Positions 11,427 through 20,256 of a stretch of 64,000 nucleotides of DNA are shown one piece after another. The stretch lies in NCBI GenBank assembly GCA_966424745.1, contig CBJLOV010000001.1:9571-73570 (forward strand). The letters are read 5' to 3'. The position numbers and the translations under genes were made by a program. The stretch is from an uncultured bacterium. GTDB lineage: Bacteria; Pseudomonadota; Gammaproteobacteria; Xanthomonadales; Rhodanobacteraceae. The stretch's first letter is position 1, and each line of letters opens with the position of its first letter. The notes under the pieces are model-generated. The model was given only the letters and a program-made list of their open reading frames with translations, was not told the origin of the DNA and did not search any database.

Positions 11427-12668
11427 CTACTCATACCGCAACGCCGCCGCCGGTTGCGTGCGCGCCGCCCGCCACGCCGGATAGAGCGTCGCCAGCAGGC
11501 AGAAGATCCACGCGATCGCCGCGACCCAGCCGACGTCGCTCCAGTGCAGGTCTGACGGCACTTCGGTGATGTAGTAGATGTCGGCGGGCAGGATCTCGAA
11601 ATTGAAAGTGTGCTCCGCCCACTTGGCCAACGCCGGGATGTTCCACGCCAACAGGATGCCGCCGACCAATCCGATCAATATGCCGAAACTGCCGACGATC
11701 ACCCCTTGCACGGTGAAGATGCCCATCACGCTGTTCGGCGAAATGCCGAGCGTGCGCAGGATCGCAATGTCGGCCTGCTTGTCGGTGACGAGCATGATCA
11801 ACGTCGAAACGAGATTGAAGGCGGCGACGCCCACGATCAGCGAGAGGATGATGAACATCACCGTCTTCTCCATCTTCACCGCGCTGAAGAAATTCTGGTG
11901 GCTTTGTTCCCAGGTCTCGACGCGGAAATATCGACCGAGCTGATCGCGCAGGTCGGTCGCGATCTTCCACGCATTGAACATGTCGTCGAGCTTGAGGCGG
12001 ATCGCTCCGGGGCCGTCGGCGCGCAGCAGCGTCACCGCATCGTCGAGGTTCATCAGGGCGACGCCGGAATCGTATTCGGCGAAGCCGACCGAAAAGATGC
12101 CGACGACCTCGCAGTTCTTCGAACGCGGCAGCGCCCCCACCGGCGTGACGCTGAATTCGGGCACCATCACCGTGACCTTGTCGCCGACGCGCACGCCGAG
12201 CTGCATCGCGAGCTCGTTGCCGAGGATCACGTTGAAGCTGCCCGGACTGAGCCGATCGAGCGAACCCGAGACCAGTTTGGCGCCGACGTTCGAAACTTTC
12301 GGTTCCTGATCGGGCATCAGGCCATGCACGACCGCGGCGCTGGTGCGCCTGCCCCGCAGCAATGCCTGCGCATCGAGATACGGCGCCGCGCCGACGACGT
12401 GCGGACCGGCCTCGACCTTCTTCACCGTATCGCGCCAGTCGGGAATGCCGCCGTCGATGCTTTCGATCGATGCGTGCGCGACCATGCCGAGGATCCGCTC
12501 CTGCATGTCGCCCTGGAATCCGTTCATCACGCTCATCACCGCGATCAGGGCCATCACGCCGACCGCGATGCCGAGCATCGACACGAGCGAGATGAACGAG
12601 ATGAAGTGATTGCGTCGCTTGGCGCGCGTGTAGCGCAGGCCGATGAAGAGTTGCAGCGGATGAAACAT
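11427..12668 (-). CDS. lipoprotein-releasing system transmembrane subunit (LolC/LolE family)
   Basis: 413 aa with MacB/FtsX-type topology, a large periplasmic loop between TM1 and TM2, an N-terminus MFHPLQLFIGLRYTRAKRRNHFISFIS typical of LolC/E, and lolD adjacent. Confidence 0.85.
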   Translation of the reverse strand: MFHPLQLFIGLRYTRAKRRNHFISFISLVSMLGIAVGVMALIAVMSVMNGFQGDMQERILGMVAHASIESIDGGIPDWRDTVKKVEAGPHVVGAAPYLDAQALLRGRRTSAAVVHGLMPDQEPKVSNVGAKLVSGSLDRLSPGSFNVILGNELAMQLGVRVGDKVTVMVPEFSVTPVGALPRSKNCEVVGIFSVGFAEYDSGVALMNLDDAVTLLRADGPGAIRLKLDDMFNAWKIATDLRDQLGRYFRVETWEQSHQNFFSAVKMEKTVMFIILSLIVGVAAFNLVSTLIMLVTDKQADIAILRTLGISPNSVMGIFTVQGVIVGSFGILIGLVGGILLAWNIPALAKWAEHTFNFEILPADIYYITEVPSDLHWSDVGWVAAIAWIFCLLATLYPAWRAARTQPAAALRYE

Positions 12669-12767
12669 TCTCGTGGAAATCCGTTCGCGGTGTTTTGAAC
12701 TGCAACGCTGGGAAGGTCCGCATTGTACGTGCTGCCGGCGCAGCCGTCAGTGCGACAGCGCGCGGCG

Positions 12768-12801
12768 GGACAGGTTCCTGCAAGGCTCGGACAGGTTCCT
12801 G
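12768..12801 (+). promoter_or_regulatory. two perfect 13-bp direct repeats GGACAGGTTCCTG spaced 21 bp apart (candidate operator)
   Basis: Copies at 12768-12780 and 12789-12801. Each contains the near-palindrome CAGGTTCCTG. They sit just upstream of an AT-rich, promoter-like stretch (12820-12860) in the divergent lolC / OMP intergenic region. Confidence 0.3.
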
Positions 12802-12981
12802 TACGCGGTTTCAGCTAGGTGAATATTTTATAAACCGAACAGTATTGAAAATAAACTCCTTCGCCCCATCTCGAATCCCAGCATCGAGGCGATCGAAACG
12901 ATCGCCGAAATGCGCAAGCGGCCTTCAGTCCGCTTTGTTCGTCCAACACGCAACACCAAAGACAAAAGCACGGAGACACCT

Positions 12982-13566
12982 ATGAAAAATACGCTGTTCG
13001 CTATCGCCCTCGCTACCGCTTCGCTGGCCACTTTGCCGGCGGTGACCCACGCCGCGGACAACAACGGCGGCTTCTTCGTCAACGGCAACGTCGGGCGCTC
13101 CACTCTCGACAAGGGCCTGTACGACGACAACGATACCGGCTACGGCGTCAATCTCGGCTACCGCTGGGCTCTGAGTCCGGAATTCGCGCTCGGCGTCGAA
13201 GGCGGCTACACCAAGCTCGGCGACTTCGGCACCAAGAACCGCTACAGCGGTTTGGGCCTCGGCGACGCATCGGTCAAAGGCTGGACCGCCGGCGTCAACG
13301 GCCGCTTCAATCTCGCCCCGCAGTGGTATCTCTCCGGCCGCACCGGTGTGTTCCGTGCCGACACGCGCGGCTTCTACAGCAATGACGGAGTCACCGCCAA
13401 CTACGTCGACGACACCAGCACCAAGTGGTACGCCGGCGTCGGCTTCGGCTACGACTTCAGCAACAACATCTCGCTCGGCATGAACTACGACTACTACAAG
13501 ACCAGCAAGAACGGGTTGAACCTCGACCCGAGCCTCTTCTCGGTCAGCGCGGAATACCGCTTCTAA
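12982..13566 (+). CDS. small outer-membrane beta-barrel protein (OmpX/OmpW/Opa-like porin family)
   Basis: Signal peptide MKNTLFAIALATASLATLPAVTHA. Alternating aromatic/Gly-rich beta-strand pattern. C-terminal AEYRF. Start at ATG 12982. Confidence 0.75.
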   Translation: MKNTLFAIALATASLATLPAVTHAADNNGGFFVNGNVGRSTLDKGLYDDNDTGYGVNLGYRWALSPEFALGVEGGYTKLGDFGTKNRYSGLGLGDASVKGWTAGVNGRFNLAPQWYLSGRTGVFRADTRGFYSNDGVTANYVDDTSTKWYAGVGFGYDFSNNISLGMNYDYYKTSKNGLNLDPSLFSVSAEYRF

Positions 13567-13669
13567 GCATATCCGCCGATGAAGCACGGCCAGGGACGGC
13601 CGCTTCGAACGATCTTTCGGCCGAGGCAAATCGCCTCGCAAGGTTTCACAGGGCAAGGACGCGGGACAA

Positions 13670-13699
13670 CCGGCCTCTTCATGAGGCCGGTTTTTTTTT
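13670..13699 (+). terminator. rho-independent terminator
   Basis: Stem CCGGCCTC, loop TTCAT, stem GAGGCCGG, followed by a run of nine T (13691-13699). Confidence 0.8.
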
Positions 13700-13756
13700 G
13701 CATCGATAAACGCTTCGGCGACCGCGAAGCGACGCAGATCGACGATGCCGGGGCGG

Positions 13757-14188
13757 CTAGCCGCCGGAGTCGATCGAATCGGCCCTGGCCAGGCGTACGC
13801 GCAACTTGCGCCGCGTCTCGGCGTCGCAGTTGTCCGGCAGCAGCGCCAACGCAGTCGTACGTTTCGGTCCCGTTCTCAATATCAGCACCGTCAAAGCGCC
13901 GAGCGCGACCGCCCGCGCCAACTCGCCGACCTGTTCGCGGCCGCCGTCGTCGGCGAGGCGCCAATGCCCGGCGGAATGCCACATGACCTGCACGTAGGGC
14001 GGATGCAGGAACGTCCGCCGCGCATGCGCGGCATACGCGGCCGCGAGCGCAATCAGCGCGAGCTTGGATGCGATGCTCAAGCCGCAAACCGCAATCGCGG
14101 CGAAAGCGAGAATCGCCATGGCGGCGATGGCGTAGAGCAGCCAGCGCGACGGCCGGTAATCAAACGCGATCGCGGGTACGGATTTCAT
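13757..14188 (-). CDS. YgfX/CptA-like inner-membrane protein
   Basis: 143 aa with two N-terminal TM helices (RWLLYAIAAMAILAFAAIAV..., LALIALAAAYAA) and a C-terminal LLPDNCDAETRRKLRVRL-type tail. It lies immediately downstream of sdhE and overlaps it by 29 nt, matching the E. coli ygfY-ygfX arrangement. Confidence 0.6.
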   Translation of the reverse strand: MKSVPAIAFDYRPSRWLLYAIAAMAILAFAAIAVCGLSIASKLALIALAAAYAAHARRTFLHPPYVQVMWHSAGHWRLADDGGREQVGELARAVALGALTVLILRTGPKRTTALALLPDNCDAETRRKLRVRLARADSIDSGG

Positions 14189-14408
14189 CGATGATGGCGC
14201 GCCAGCGTCCGTCCTCGGGGCTGCCGTGGCCCTGCAGCCAACGCCAAAGTTCCGGATCGGGCTGCTCGAGCAGTTCCGCGAACGCCGTTCGCTCTTCGAC
14301 GCCGGTCCGTTCGTAGCGCTCGTCGAGATACCATCCGAGCAACTGGTCGAGTTCGCGCATGCCGCGGCGGCAGCGCCAACGCAACCGCCCCTGTTCGTTG
14401 CCGGTCAT
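14160..14408 (-). CDS. sdhE: FAD assembly factor SdhE (YgfY / SDHAF2 family)
   Basis: 82 aa corresponding to the last codons of ORF 14160..15044, from ATG 14406-14408. The RLRWRCRRGMRELD...FAELLEQPDPELWRWL pattern (RGxxE motif) is typical of SdhE. Confidence 0.85.
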   Translation of the reverse strand: MTGNEQGRLRWRCRRGMRELDQLLGWYLDERYERTGVEERTAFAELLEQPDPELWRWLQGHGSPEDGRWRAIIDEIRTRDRV

Positions 14409-14518
14409 TGTTCGTCGGAAGAACGAACAGCCCGCGGACGAAGGCCGTTGAACGCAGAAAAAACCCAGGCATCCATGCTCATCTGCGCATATCCGCGTCG
14501 AGAGACCCGATTCTTGGC

Positions 14519-15304
14519 TTATACGCCCTTGCGCTCGACCATCAGCTTCTTGATTTCGCCGATCGCCTTCGCCGGATTCAGACCTTTCGGGCAGGTGTTG
14601 GTGCAGTTCATGATCGTGTGGCAGCGATACAGCTTGAACGGATCTTCGAGTTCGTCGAGGCGCGCACCGGTGTCTTCGTCGCGCGAATCGGCGATGAAAC
14701 GATAGGCCTGCAGCAGCGCCGCCGGCCCCAAATACTTGTCGCCGTTCCACCAATAGCTCGGACACGCGGTCGAGCAGGACGCGCAGAGAATGCACTCGTA
14801 GAGGCCGTCGAGCTTGGCGCGGTCTTCCTTGGATTGCAGGCGCTCCGAATCGGGCGGCGGCGGCGTCTGCGTGCGCAGCCACGGCTTGATCGAGGCGTAC
14901 TGTGCGTAGAAATTGGTCAGGTCGGGCACCAGATCCTTCACCACGGGCATGTGCGGCAGCGGATAGATCTTCACATCGCCCTTGCAATCGTCGATCGCCT
15001 TGGTGCAGGCGAGCGTATTGTTGCCGTCGATGTTCATCGCACACGAACCGCAGATGCCTTCGCGGCAGGAGCGGCGGAAGGTCAGCGTCGAGTCGATCTC
15101 GTTCTTGATCTTGATCAGCGCGTCGAGCACCATCGGCCCGCAGCTGTCCATGTCGACTTCGTACTCGTCGATGTGCGGATTCTGCCCGTCCTCTTCGTTC
15201 CAGCGGTAGACGCGGAACGTGCGTACGTTCTTCGCGCCCGCCTTCGCGGGATACTTCTTGCCCTTCTGCACCTTGGAATTCTTGGGGAGGGTGAACTCGG
15301 CCAC
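14519..15304 (-). CDS. sdhB: succinate dehydrogenase iron-sulfur subunit
   Basis: Three Fe-S cysteine clusters: [37 protein letters not shown] start with GAGGTAGG upstream. Confidence 0.95.
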   Translation of the reverse strand: MAEFTLPKNSKVQKGKKYPAKAGAKNVRTFRVYRWNEEDGQNPHIDEYEVDMDSCGPMVLDALIKIKNEIDSTLTFRRSCREGICGSCAMNIDGNNTLACTKAIDDCKGDVKIYPLPHMPVVKDLVPDLTNFYAQYASIKPWLRTQTPPPPDSERLQSKEDRAKLDGLYECILCASCSTACPSYWWNGDKYLGPAALLQAYRFIADSRDEDTGARLDELEDPFKLYRCHTIMNCTNTCPKGLNPAKAIGEIKKLMVERKGV

Positions 15305-15353
15305 GTCTGCCTACCTCGTTGTTTGATCGTGCAACGTTGTCGTCGGATATCGA

Positions 15354-17144
15354 TTAATACACGCGCGCCTTCGGCGGCACCGGCTTCACTTCGTCGGTCA
15401 GCGTATTCATGTGCACCGGACGATAGTCGAAGCGGCATGCGCCCTTGTGATCGACCTTCACCAGCGTGTGCTTCTGCCAATTGGCGTCGTCGCGCTCGGG
15501 GAAATCCTCGTGCGCGTGCGCACCGCGCGATTCATGGCGCTGCTCGGCCGAATTGATCGTCGCCACGGCGTTGTAGAGCAGGTTCTGCAGCTCGTAGGTC
15601 TCGATCAGGTCGGAGTTCCACACGAGCGAGCGGTCGCTGACGCGCACGTCGTCGAACGAAGCGAACACCTTGTCCATCTTCTTACAGCCTTCCTTGAGCG
15701 TCTTCGAGGTGCGGAACACCGCGGCGTCGCTTTGCATCGTGCGCTGCATGTCGAGGCGGATCTCGGCGGTCGAGCGCGAACCCTTTGCGTTGCGCAGCTT
15801 GTCGAGGTTGGCCAGCGCCGCATCGGTGGCGTCGGCGGGCAAGGTCTTGTGCGACGCACCCGACTTGATCGTCTCCGCGGCGCGGTTGGCGACCGCGCGG
15901 CCGAACACGACCAGGTCGAGCAGCGAGTTCGAGCCCAGGCGGTTCGCGCCGTGCACGGAAACGCAGGCCGCTTCGCCGATCGCGTATAGGCCTTCGATGA
16001 CTTTGTCCGGATCGTTGCCGACCTTCTGCACGACTTCGCCGTGGTAGTTGGTCGGGATGCCGCCCATGTTGTAGTGCACGGTCGGCAGCACCGGGATCGG
16101 CTGCTTGGTCACGTCGACGCCGGCGAAGATGCGCGCGCTCTCGGCGATGCCGGGCAGCTTTTCGTGGATCACTTCGGGGCCGAGATGGGTGAGGTCGAGC
16201 AGGATATGGTCCTTGTGCTCGCCGACGCCGCGGCCTTCGCGGATCTCGATCGTCATCGAGCGCGACACCACGTCGCGCGAGGCGAGATCCTTGTAATGCG
16301 GCGCGTAGCGTTCCATGAAGCGTTCGCCGTTCGAGTTGCGCAGGATGCCGCCTTCGCCGCGTACGCCCTCGGTGATCAGGCAGCCGGCGCCGTAGATGCC
16401 GGTCGGATGGAACTGGACGAATTCCATGTCCTGCAGCGCCAGCCCGGCGCGCGCGACGAGACCGCCGCCGTCGCCGGTGCAGGTGTGCGCCGAGGTTGCG
16501 CTGAAATACGCGCGACCGTAGCCGCCGGTCGCGAGCACGACGCCGTGCGCGCGGAACAGGTGCAGCGTGCCTTCGGCCATGTCGAGGGCAAGCACGCCGC
16601 GGCAGGCGCCGTCGGCGTCGAAGATCAGGTCGAGCGCGAAGTACTCGATCTTGAACTGCGCATCGTGCGCGAGCGACTGCTGGTACAGCGTATGCAGCAT
16701 CGCGTGACCGGTGCGGTCGGCCGCGGCGCAGGTGCGCTGCGCGGGCGGACCTTCGCCGTAGCGCGTGGTCATGCCGCCGAACGGACGCTGGTAGATCTTG
16801 CCTTCCTCGGTGCGGGAGAACGGCACGCCGTAGTGCTCGAGTTCGATCACCGCGGCCGGCGCGTTCTTGCACATGTACTCGATCGCGTCCTGATCACCGA
16901 GCCAGTCCGAACCCTTGATGGTGTCGTAGAAGTGATAACGCCAGTCGTCCTCGCCCATGTTGGCGAGCGCGGCCGAGATGCCGCCTTGCGCCGCGACGGT
17001 GTGCGAGCGCGTCGGAAACACCTTGGTCAGGCACACGGTCTTAAGCCCTTTCGCGGCGAGACCGAACGTCGCGCGCAGGCCCGCGCCGCCGGCACCGACC
17101 ACGACGACGTCGTATTTGTGTTCTTGGATCTTGTATGCAGACAT
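15354..17144 (-). CDS. sdhA: succinate dehydrogenase flavoprotein subunit
   Basis: FAD-binding motif [11 protein letters not shown] and the covalent-FAD His context ([10 protein letters not shown]). About 596 aa from ATG 17142-17144. Confidence 0.95.
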   Translation of the reverse strand: MSAYKIQEHKYDVVVVGAGGAGLRATFGLAAKGLKTVCLTKVFPTRSHTVAAQGGISAALANMGEDDWRYHFYDTIKGSDWLGDQDAIEYMCKNAPAAVIELEHYGVPFSRTEEGKIYQRPFGGMTTRYGEGPPAQRTCAAADRTGHAMLHTLYQQSLAHDAQFKIEYFALDLIFDADGACRGVLALDMAEGTLHLFRAHGVVLATGGYGRAYFSATSAHTCTGDGGGLVARAGLALQDMEFVQFHPTGIYGAGCLITEGVRGEGGILRNSNGERFMERYAPHYKDLASRDVVSRSMTIEIREGRGVGEHKDHILLDLTHLGPEVIHEKLPGIAESARIFAGVDVTKQPIPVLPTVHYNMGGIPTNYHGEVVQKVGNDPDKVIEGLYAIGEAACVSVHGANRLGSNSLLDLVVFGRAVANRAAETIKSGASHKTLPADATDAALANLDKLRNAKGSRSTAEIRLDMQRTMQSDAAVFRTSKTLKEGCKKMDKVFASFDDVRVSDRSLVWNSDLIETYELQNLLYNAVATINSAEQRHESRGAHAHEDFPERDDANWQKHTLVKVDHKGACRFDYRPVHMNTLTDEVKPVPPKARVY

Positions 17145-17231
17145 TCTGGTTTTTCCTGCTCTCGTCTCTGTCAAAGGCCCGCGCCCGGCCTCGCACACGA
17201 TGCGCCCAGGCGCATCGTGCAAACATTTATC

Positions 17232-17636
17232 TCAGCCCAATACGATGCGGACGACGGCGAGAATGCCGGCCAGAGCCGCTGCCGCACAGATGAACTTGGT
17301 CGCGAGCTGTGCGACCGTTTCGAGCCAGCGCGTATGCACATAGTCTTCGATCACGACCTGCAGGCCGAGCTGCGCATGCCAGAACGCGGCGATCAGGAAG
17401 GCGATCAGCCACACCGCGGCAAACGGGTGGTGCAGCATCTCGCGCGCATGCGCATAGTCGGCATGGACCAGCGCGAGCGCGAGCCAGATCGCCCACAACA
17501 CGAGAAACACCAGCGCCACGGCGGTTACGCGCTGCAGGATGAAATGTTGCGTGCCGGATTTGGCGGCACCCAGGCCGCGTACGCGCTTGAGCGGCGTGCG
17601 GTAGTCGGCCACGCGGATATCGTTTGCTTCGCCCAT
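17232..17636 (-). CDS. sdhD: succinate dehydrogenase membrane anchor subunit
   Basis: 134 aa with three TM helices. Position between sdhC and sdhA. Its ATG overlaps the sdhC stop by 1 nt (TGATG). Confidence 0.8.
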   Translation of the reverse strand: MGEANDIRVADYRTPLKRVRGLGAAKSGTQHFILQRVTAVALVFLVLWAIWLALALVHADYAHAREMLHHPFAAVWLIAFLIAAFWHAQLGLQVVIEDYVHTRWLETVAQLATKFICAAAALAGILAVVRIVLG

Positions 17637-18028
17637 CACACGCCCCCTTGCGCGAATACGCAGACCCAGATCAACGCCGTCATCGCGAGGCTCGCGGCGA
17701 CCACCGCCACGCCGCTCGCCTTCGCCTGCTGGATGGTGTAGCCCCTGCCCACGTCCCAGAACAGGTGGCGGACGCCGTTGGCGAGATGGAACGTCAGCGC
17801 CCAAGTCCAGCCGAACAGCAGAACCAGACCGAACCAGGAGCCGCAAAATGCCCGCGCCGCGGCGTAGCTTTGCGGTCCGTTTGCGAGACCCAGCAGCAGC
17901 CAAACCACGAGCAACAGACCGACGGCAATCGCGATGCCGGTAATGCGATGCAGGATCGACAACGCCATCGCCAGAGGCCAGCGATAAATCGTCGTGAACG
18001 GGGACAGAGGACGTGCGGGTTGCGGCAT
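17636..18028 (-). CDS. sdhC: succinate dehydrogenase cytochrome b556 subunit
   Basis: 130 aa. RPLSPFTTIYRWPLAMALSILHRITG is the typical SdhC N-terminus including the heme-ligand His context. Confidence 0.85.
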   Translation of the reverse strand: MPQPARPLSPFTTIYRWPLAMALSILHRITGIAIAVGLLLVVWLLLGLANGPQSYAAARAFCGSWFGLVLLFGWTWALTFHLANGVRHLFWDVGRGYTIQQAKASGVAVVAASLAMTALIWVCVFAQGGV

Positions 18029-18088
18029 ACGGAAACCTTGTATGTGGCTACTGCGTAAATGAAACGGGATTGCGGCGCGCGCCTGCGA

Positions 18089-18271
18089 TCAGAAATCGAC
18101 GCAGCGGCCGTTTTTCTCCCAATCGCCGTACCGCGTGGGTTCGAGGCCTTCGCGGCCCCCGATCTCCTTCGGCAAAGGCTTTGCCGAACTCGGCGGTGCG
18201 GATGATACCGCTTCGTCGGCGCCGTGCGGCGGCTGTTGGGAAACGGCGGATTCGGATACCGGGATCGACAT
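18089..18271 (-). CDS. DUF1674-family protein (SDHAF4-like)
   Basis: 60 aa from ATG 18269-18271, inside ORF 18089..18436. The C-terminus EIGGREGLEPTRYGDWEKNGRCVDF matches the hallmark DUF1674/SDHAF4 tail (...PEPTRYGDWERKGRxxDF). It lies 60 nt upstream of sdhC on the same strand. Confidence 0.75.
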   Translation of the reverse strand: MSIPVSESAVSQQPPHGADEAVSSAPPSSAKPLPKEIGGREGLEPTRYGDWEKNGRCVDF

Positions 18272-18435
18272 GACGCGGCGCTTGACCCTGTTTGCTTGAC
18301 AACCGGCAAGAAATCTCCACATTTCTTGCGACGCACAATTATAGCGGCTAAACCCGCATACAGTGAGACCCGCCCCAGCGATCTGCCCGGTCGCGAGGAT
18401 CATGGCGGAATCAGGCCAACCTTCGCACACAACCA

Positions 18436-19347
18436 ATGACCGCTATCTCCTCTTCCGTTGCGCACTCATCGCTCGTCGCGCTACCCGCACCCCAGATTCT
18501 CGACATCGTCGGCGCGGACGCCGTTTCGTTTGCGCAGGCCCAGTTCTCGAGCAATCTCGGCGAACTCGCGAACGGGCAATGGCAATGGTCCGCCTGGCTG
18601 TCGGCGCAGGGGCGCGTGCGCGCATTCTTCCATTTGCTGCGCGACGACGATCAGCACCTTCGCCTGGTGCTGCGGGGCGGCTCGGCAGCAGCCCTGCGCG
18701 ACGCCCTTCAGCGCTACGTGTTTCGCGCGAAAGTGCAATTGCACGCGCCCGAGGGCCTCGCGGCATGGATCGAATGGCTGCCCATGATCGCGAACGAAAA
18801 TCCCGAATCGCGGCTGGCGCACACGTTCGAACGCAGCGCCGGCGAGACCCGCATCGCCCTGCCCGGCACCAAGCCGCGCAAACTGATCATCGGCGACACC
18901 GGTGCCTTGCCGCTCTCTATAGACTCCGCCGAAGCGTCCGCCAACGAAAACGATCTGGCCGACATAGACGCCGGCCTGATCACGCTCGATGCCTCGCTCG
19001 AAGACAAGCTGCTGCCCGCCTGGATCGGCCTCGACGCCCTCGGCGCAGCGAGCACGAACAAAGGCTGTTATCCGGGTCAGGAGATCGTCGCACGCATGCA
19101 CTTCAAAGGCGGCAACAAGCGCTGGCTGCACCGTCTTGCCTTTTCCGCCGAGCATCTGCCACGCCCCGGCACGCCACTAGGCAGCGAAGGCGACGATACC
19201 GGATTGATCATCAGCGCGGCCTGGAGCGGTGCCCATACCGGCGCCGCGCTTGCAGTCCTCGGCGAACGCAACGACAGCGGCTCGAGCGGCCTCAATTCGC
19301 CCACGATCACCATCGGCGAAATTCGCAAATCATTCAACAAAGTATAA
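18436..19347 (+). CDS. ygfZ: folate-binding Fe-S cluster repair/tRNA-modification protein YgfZ (CAF17 family)
   Basis: 303 aa, GcvT-like fold, with the diagnostic KGCYPGQE motif (NKGCYPGQEIVARMHFKG). Confidence 0.8.
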   Translation: MTAISSSVAHSSLVALPAPQILDIVGADAVSFAQAQFSSNLGELANGQWQWSAWLSAQGRVRAFFHLLRDDDQHLRLVLRGGSAAALRDALQRYVFRAKVQLHAPEGLAAWIEWLPMIANENPESRLAHTFERSAGETRIALPGTKPRKLIIGDTGALPLSIDSAEASANENDLADIDAGLITLDASLEDKLLPAWIGLDALGAASTNKGCYPGQEIVARMHFKGGNKRWLHRLAFSAEHLPRPGTPLGSEGDDTGLIISAAWSGAHTGAALAVLGERNDSGSSGLNSPTITIGEIRKSFNKV

Positions 19348-19480
19348 ATTTTATAAATTTATAATATTAAAGTTAATTAATTTGTATACAAAAATAATTT
19401 GATACAAAATTAATCTTTTAGCTTTGTATCATTTGCTTAATTGTTTCTGAACGCAGTCATTCAGCTTTCTTTTTTCTTAA
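19340..19480. other. sharply AT-rich islet with TGATACAAA-type repeats
   Basis: About 140 bp of mostly A/T in an otherwise GC-rich window. It contains TATAAATT twice, the 10-bp palindrome TTGTATACAA (19382-19391), and the inverted pair TGATACAAA (19400-19408) / TTTGTATCA (19423-19431). Confidence 0.6.
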
Positions 19481-19738
19481 CATTTGCCGTTGTGCCGAAC
19501 GGGCGAATCGACTAATCTTCGCCCACTCTATTGATGCGCTGCCTTCTCTGGCGCGCGAACATCGGCCCGACTGTATGCCGATGCGGCGGAACCCAGATCG
19601 GTTCCGAACACCGTAAACCCACCACTGAAGCGCGCGATTCACATCGGTGCCTGCTCGTGGCGGGAGAAATCCCGATTGGCGCGACGACGACGCGACGCGG
19701 ATTTCTTTTCGCGAATTCCTTTTGTCCGATGTTCGCCT

Positions 19739-20176
19739 ATGAAATTATCCTTCCTGCTCTGGCTCGCTTCGGTCCTGCCGCAACCCGTCGCCGATCGCGC
19801 CTGCCTTGCCGGCACGATCTATCTCGAAGCGCGCAGCGAACCGACGGCAGGCCAGCTTGCCGTCGCCGAAGTTGCGCTTCGCCGCGCCGAGAGCGGCCAA
19901 TGGGGCAACTCCGTCTGCGCGGCGCTGAAGGCACCGGGCCAGTTCGCGTTCTCGCTCGTGCCGCCGAACTACATGATGAGCGAGGCCGATGCCCTGCAAC
20001 GTTCCTGGGCGATCGCCAACATTGCGATGGCGATGTGGGCACTGCCCGAACCGCTGCGCTATTCGGTCGTACCGAAGGCCGACCACTTCTACGCCTCGAA
20101 CACGCCGATGCCGCCCTGGGCCAAGGGCTATCCGCTAGCCCGCATTGGCGATCACAGTTTCTATCGGGTGGATTGA
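19739..20176 (+). CDS. SleB-like cell-wall hydrolase (Hydrolase_2 family)
   Basis: Signal peptide MKLSFLLWLASVL. The conserved block CLAGTIYLEARSEP..GQLAVAEVALRR......CAALKAPGQFAF...HSFYR is typical of SleB-type lytic enzymes. Start at ATG 19739. Confidence 0.75.
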   Translation: MKLSFLLWLASVLPQPVADRACLAGTIYLEARSEPTAGQLAVAEVALRRAESGQWGNSVCAALKAPGQFAFSLVPPNYMMSEADALQRSWAIANIAMAMWALPEPLRYSVVPKADHFYASNTPMPPWAKGYPLARIGDHSFYRVD

Positions 20177-20198
20177 TCGTCTTTCCGCGATACAGACG

Positions 20199-20238
20199 AA
20201 AAAAAAACCGGACCTGCTCGCGCAGGTCCGGTTTTTTT
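20199..20238. terminator. bidirectional rho-independent terminator
   Basis: A-run, stem CCGGACCTGC, loop TCGC, stem GCAGGTCCGG, T-run. It sits between the convergent hydrolase and lipoprotein genes. Confidence 0.85.
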
Positions 20239-20256
20239 ATTGCTCCAATGCAGGAA

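Noticed and set aside
8169-11555. 1128-aa plus-strand ORF spanning comEC, lolD and part of the Lol permease
   Set aside because: It is a shadow ORF antisense to three genes that have clear family signatures. Its composition is Arg-rich with no domain-like pattern.
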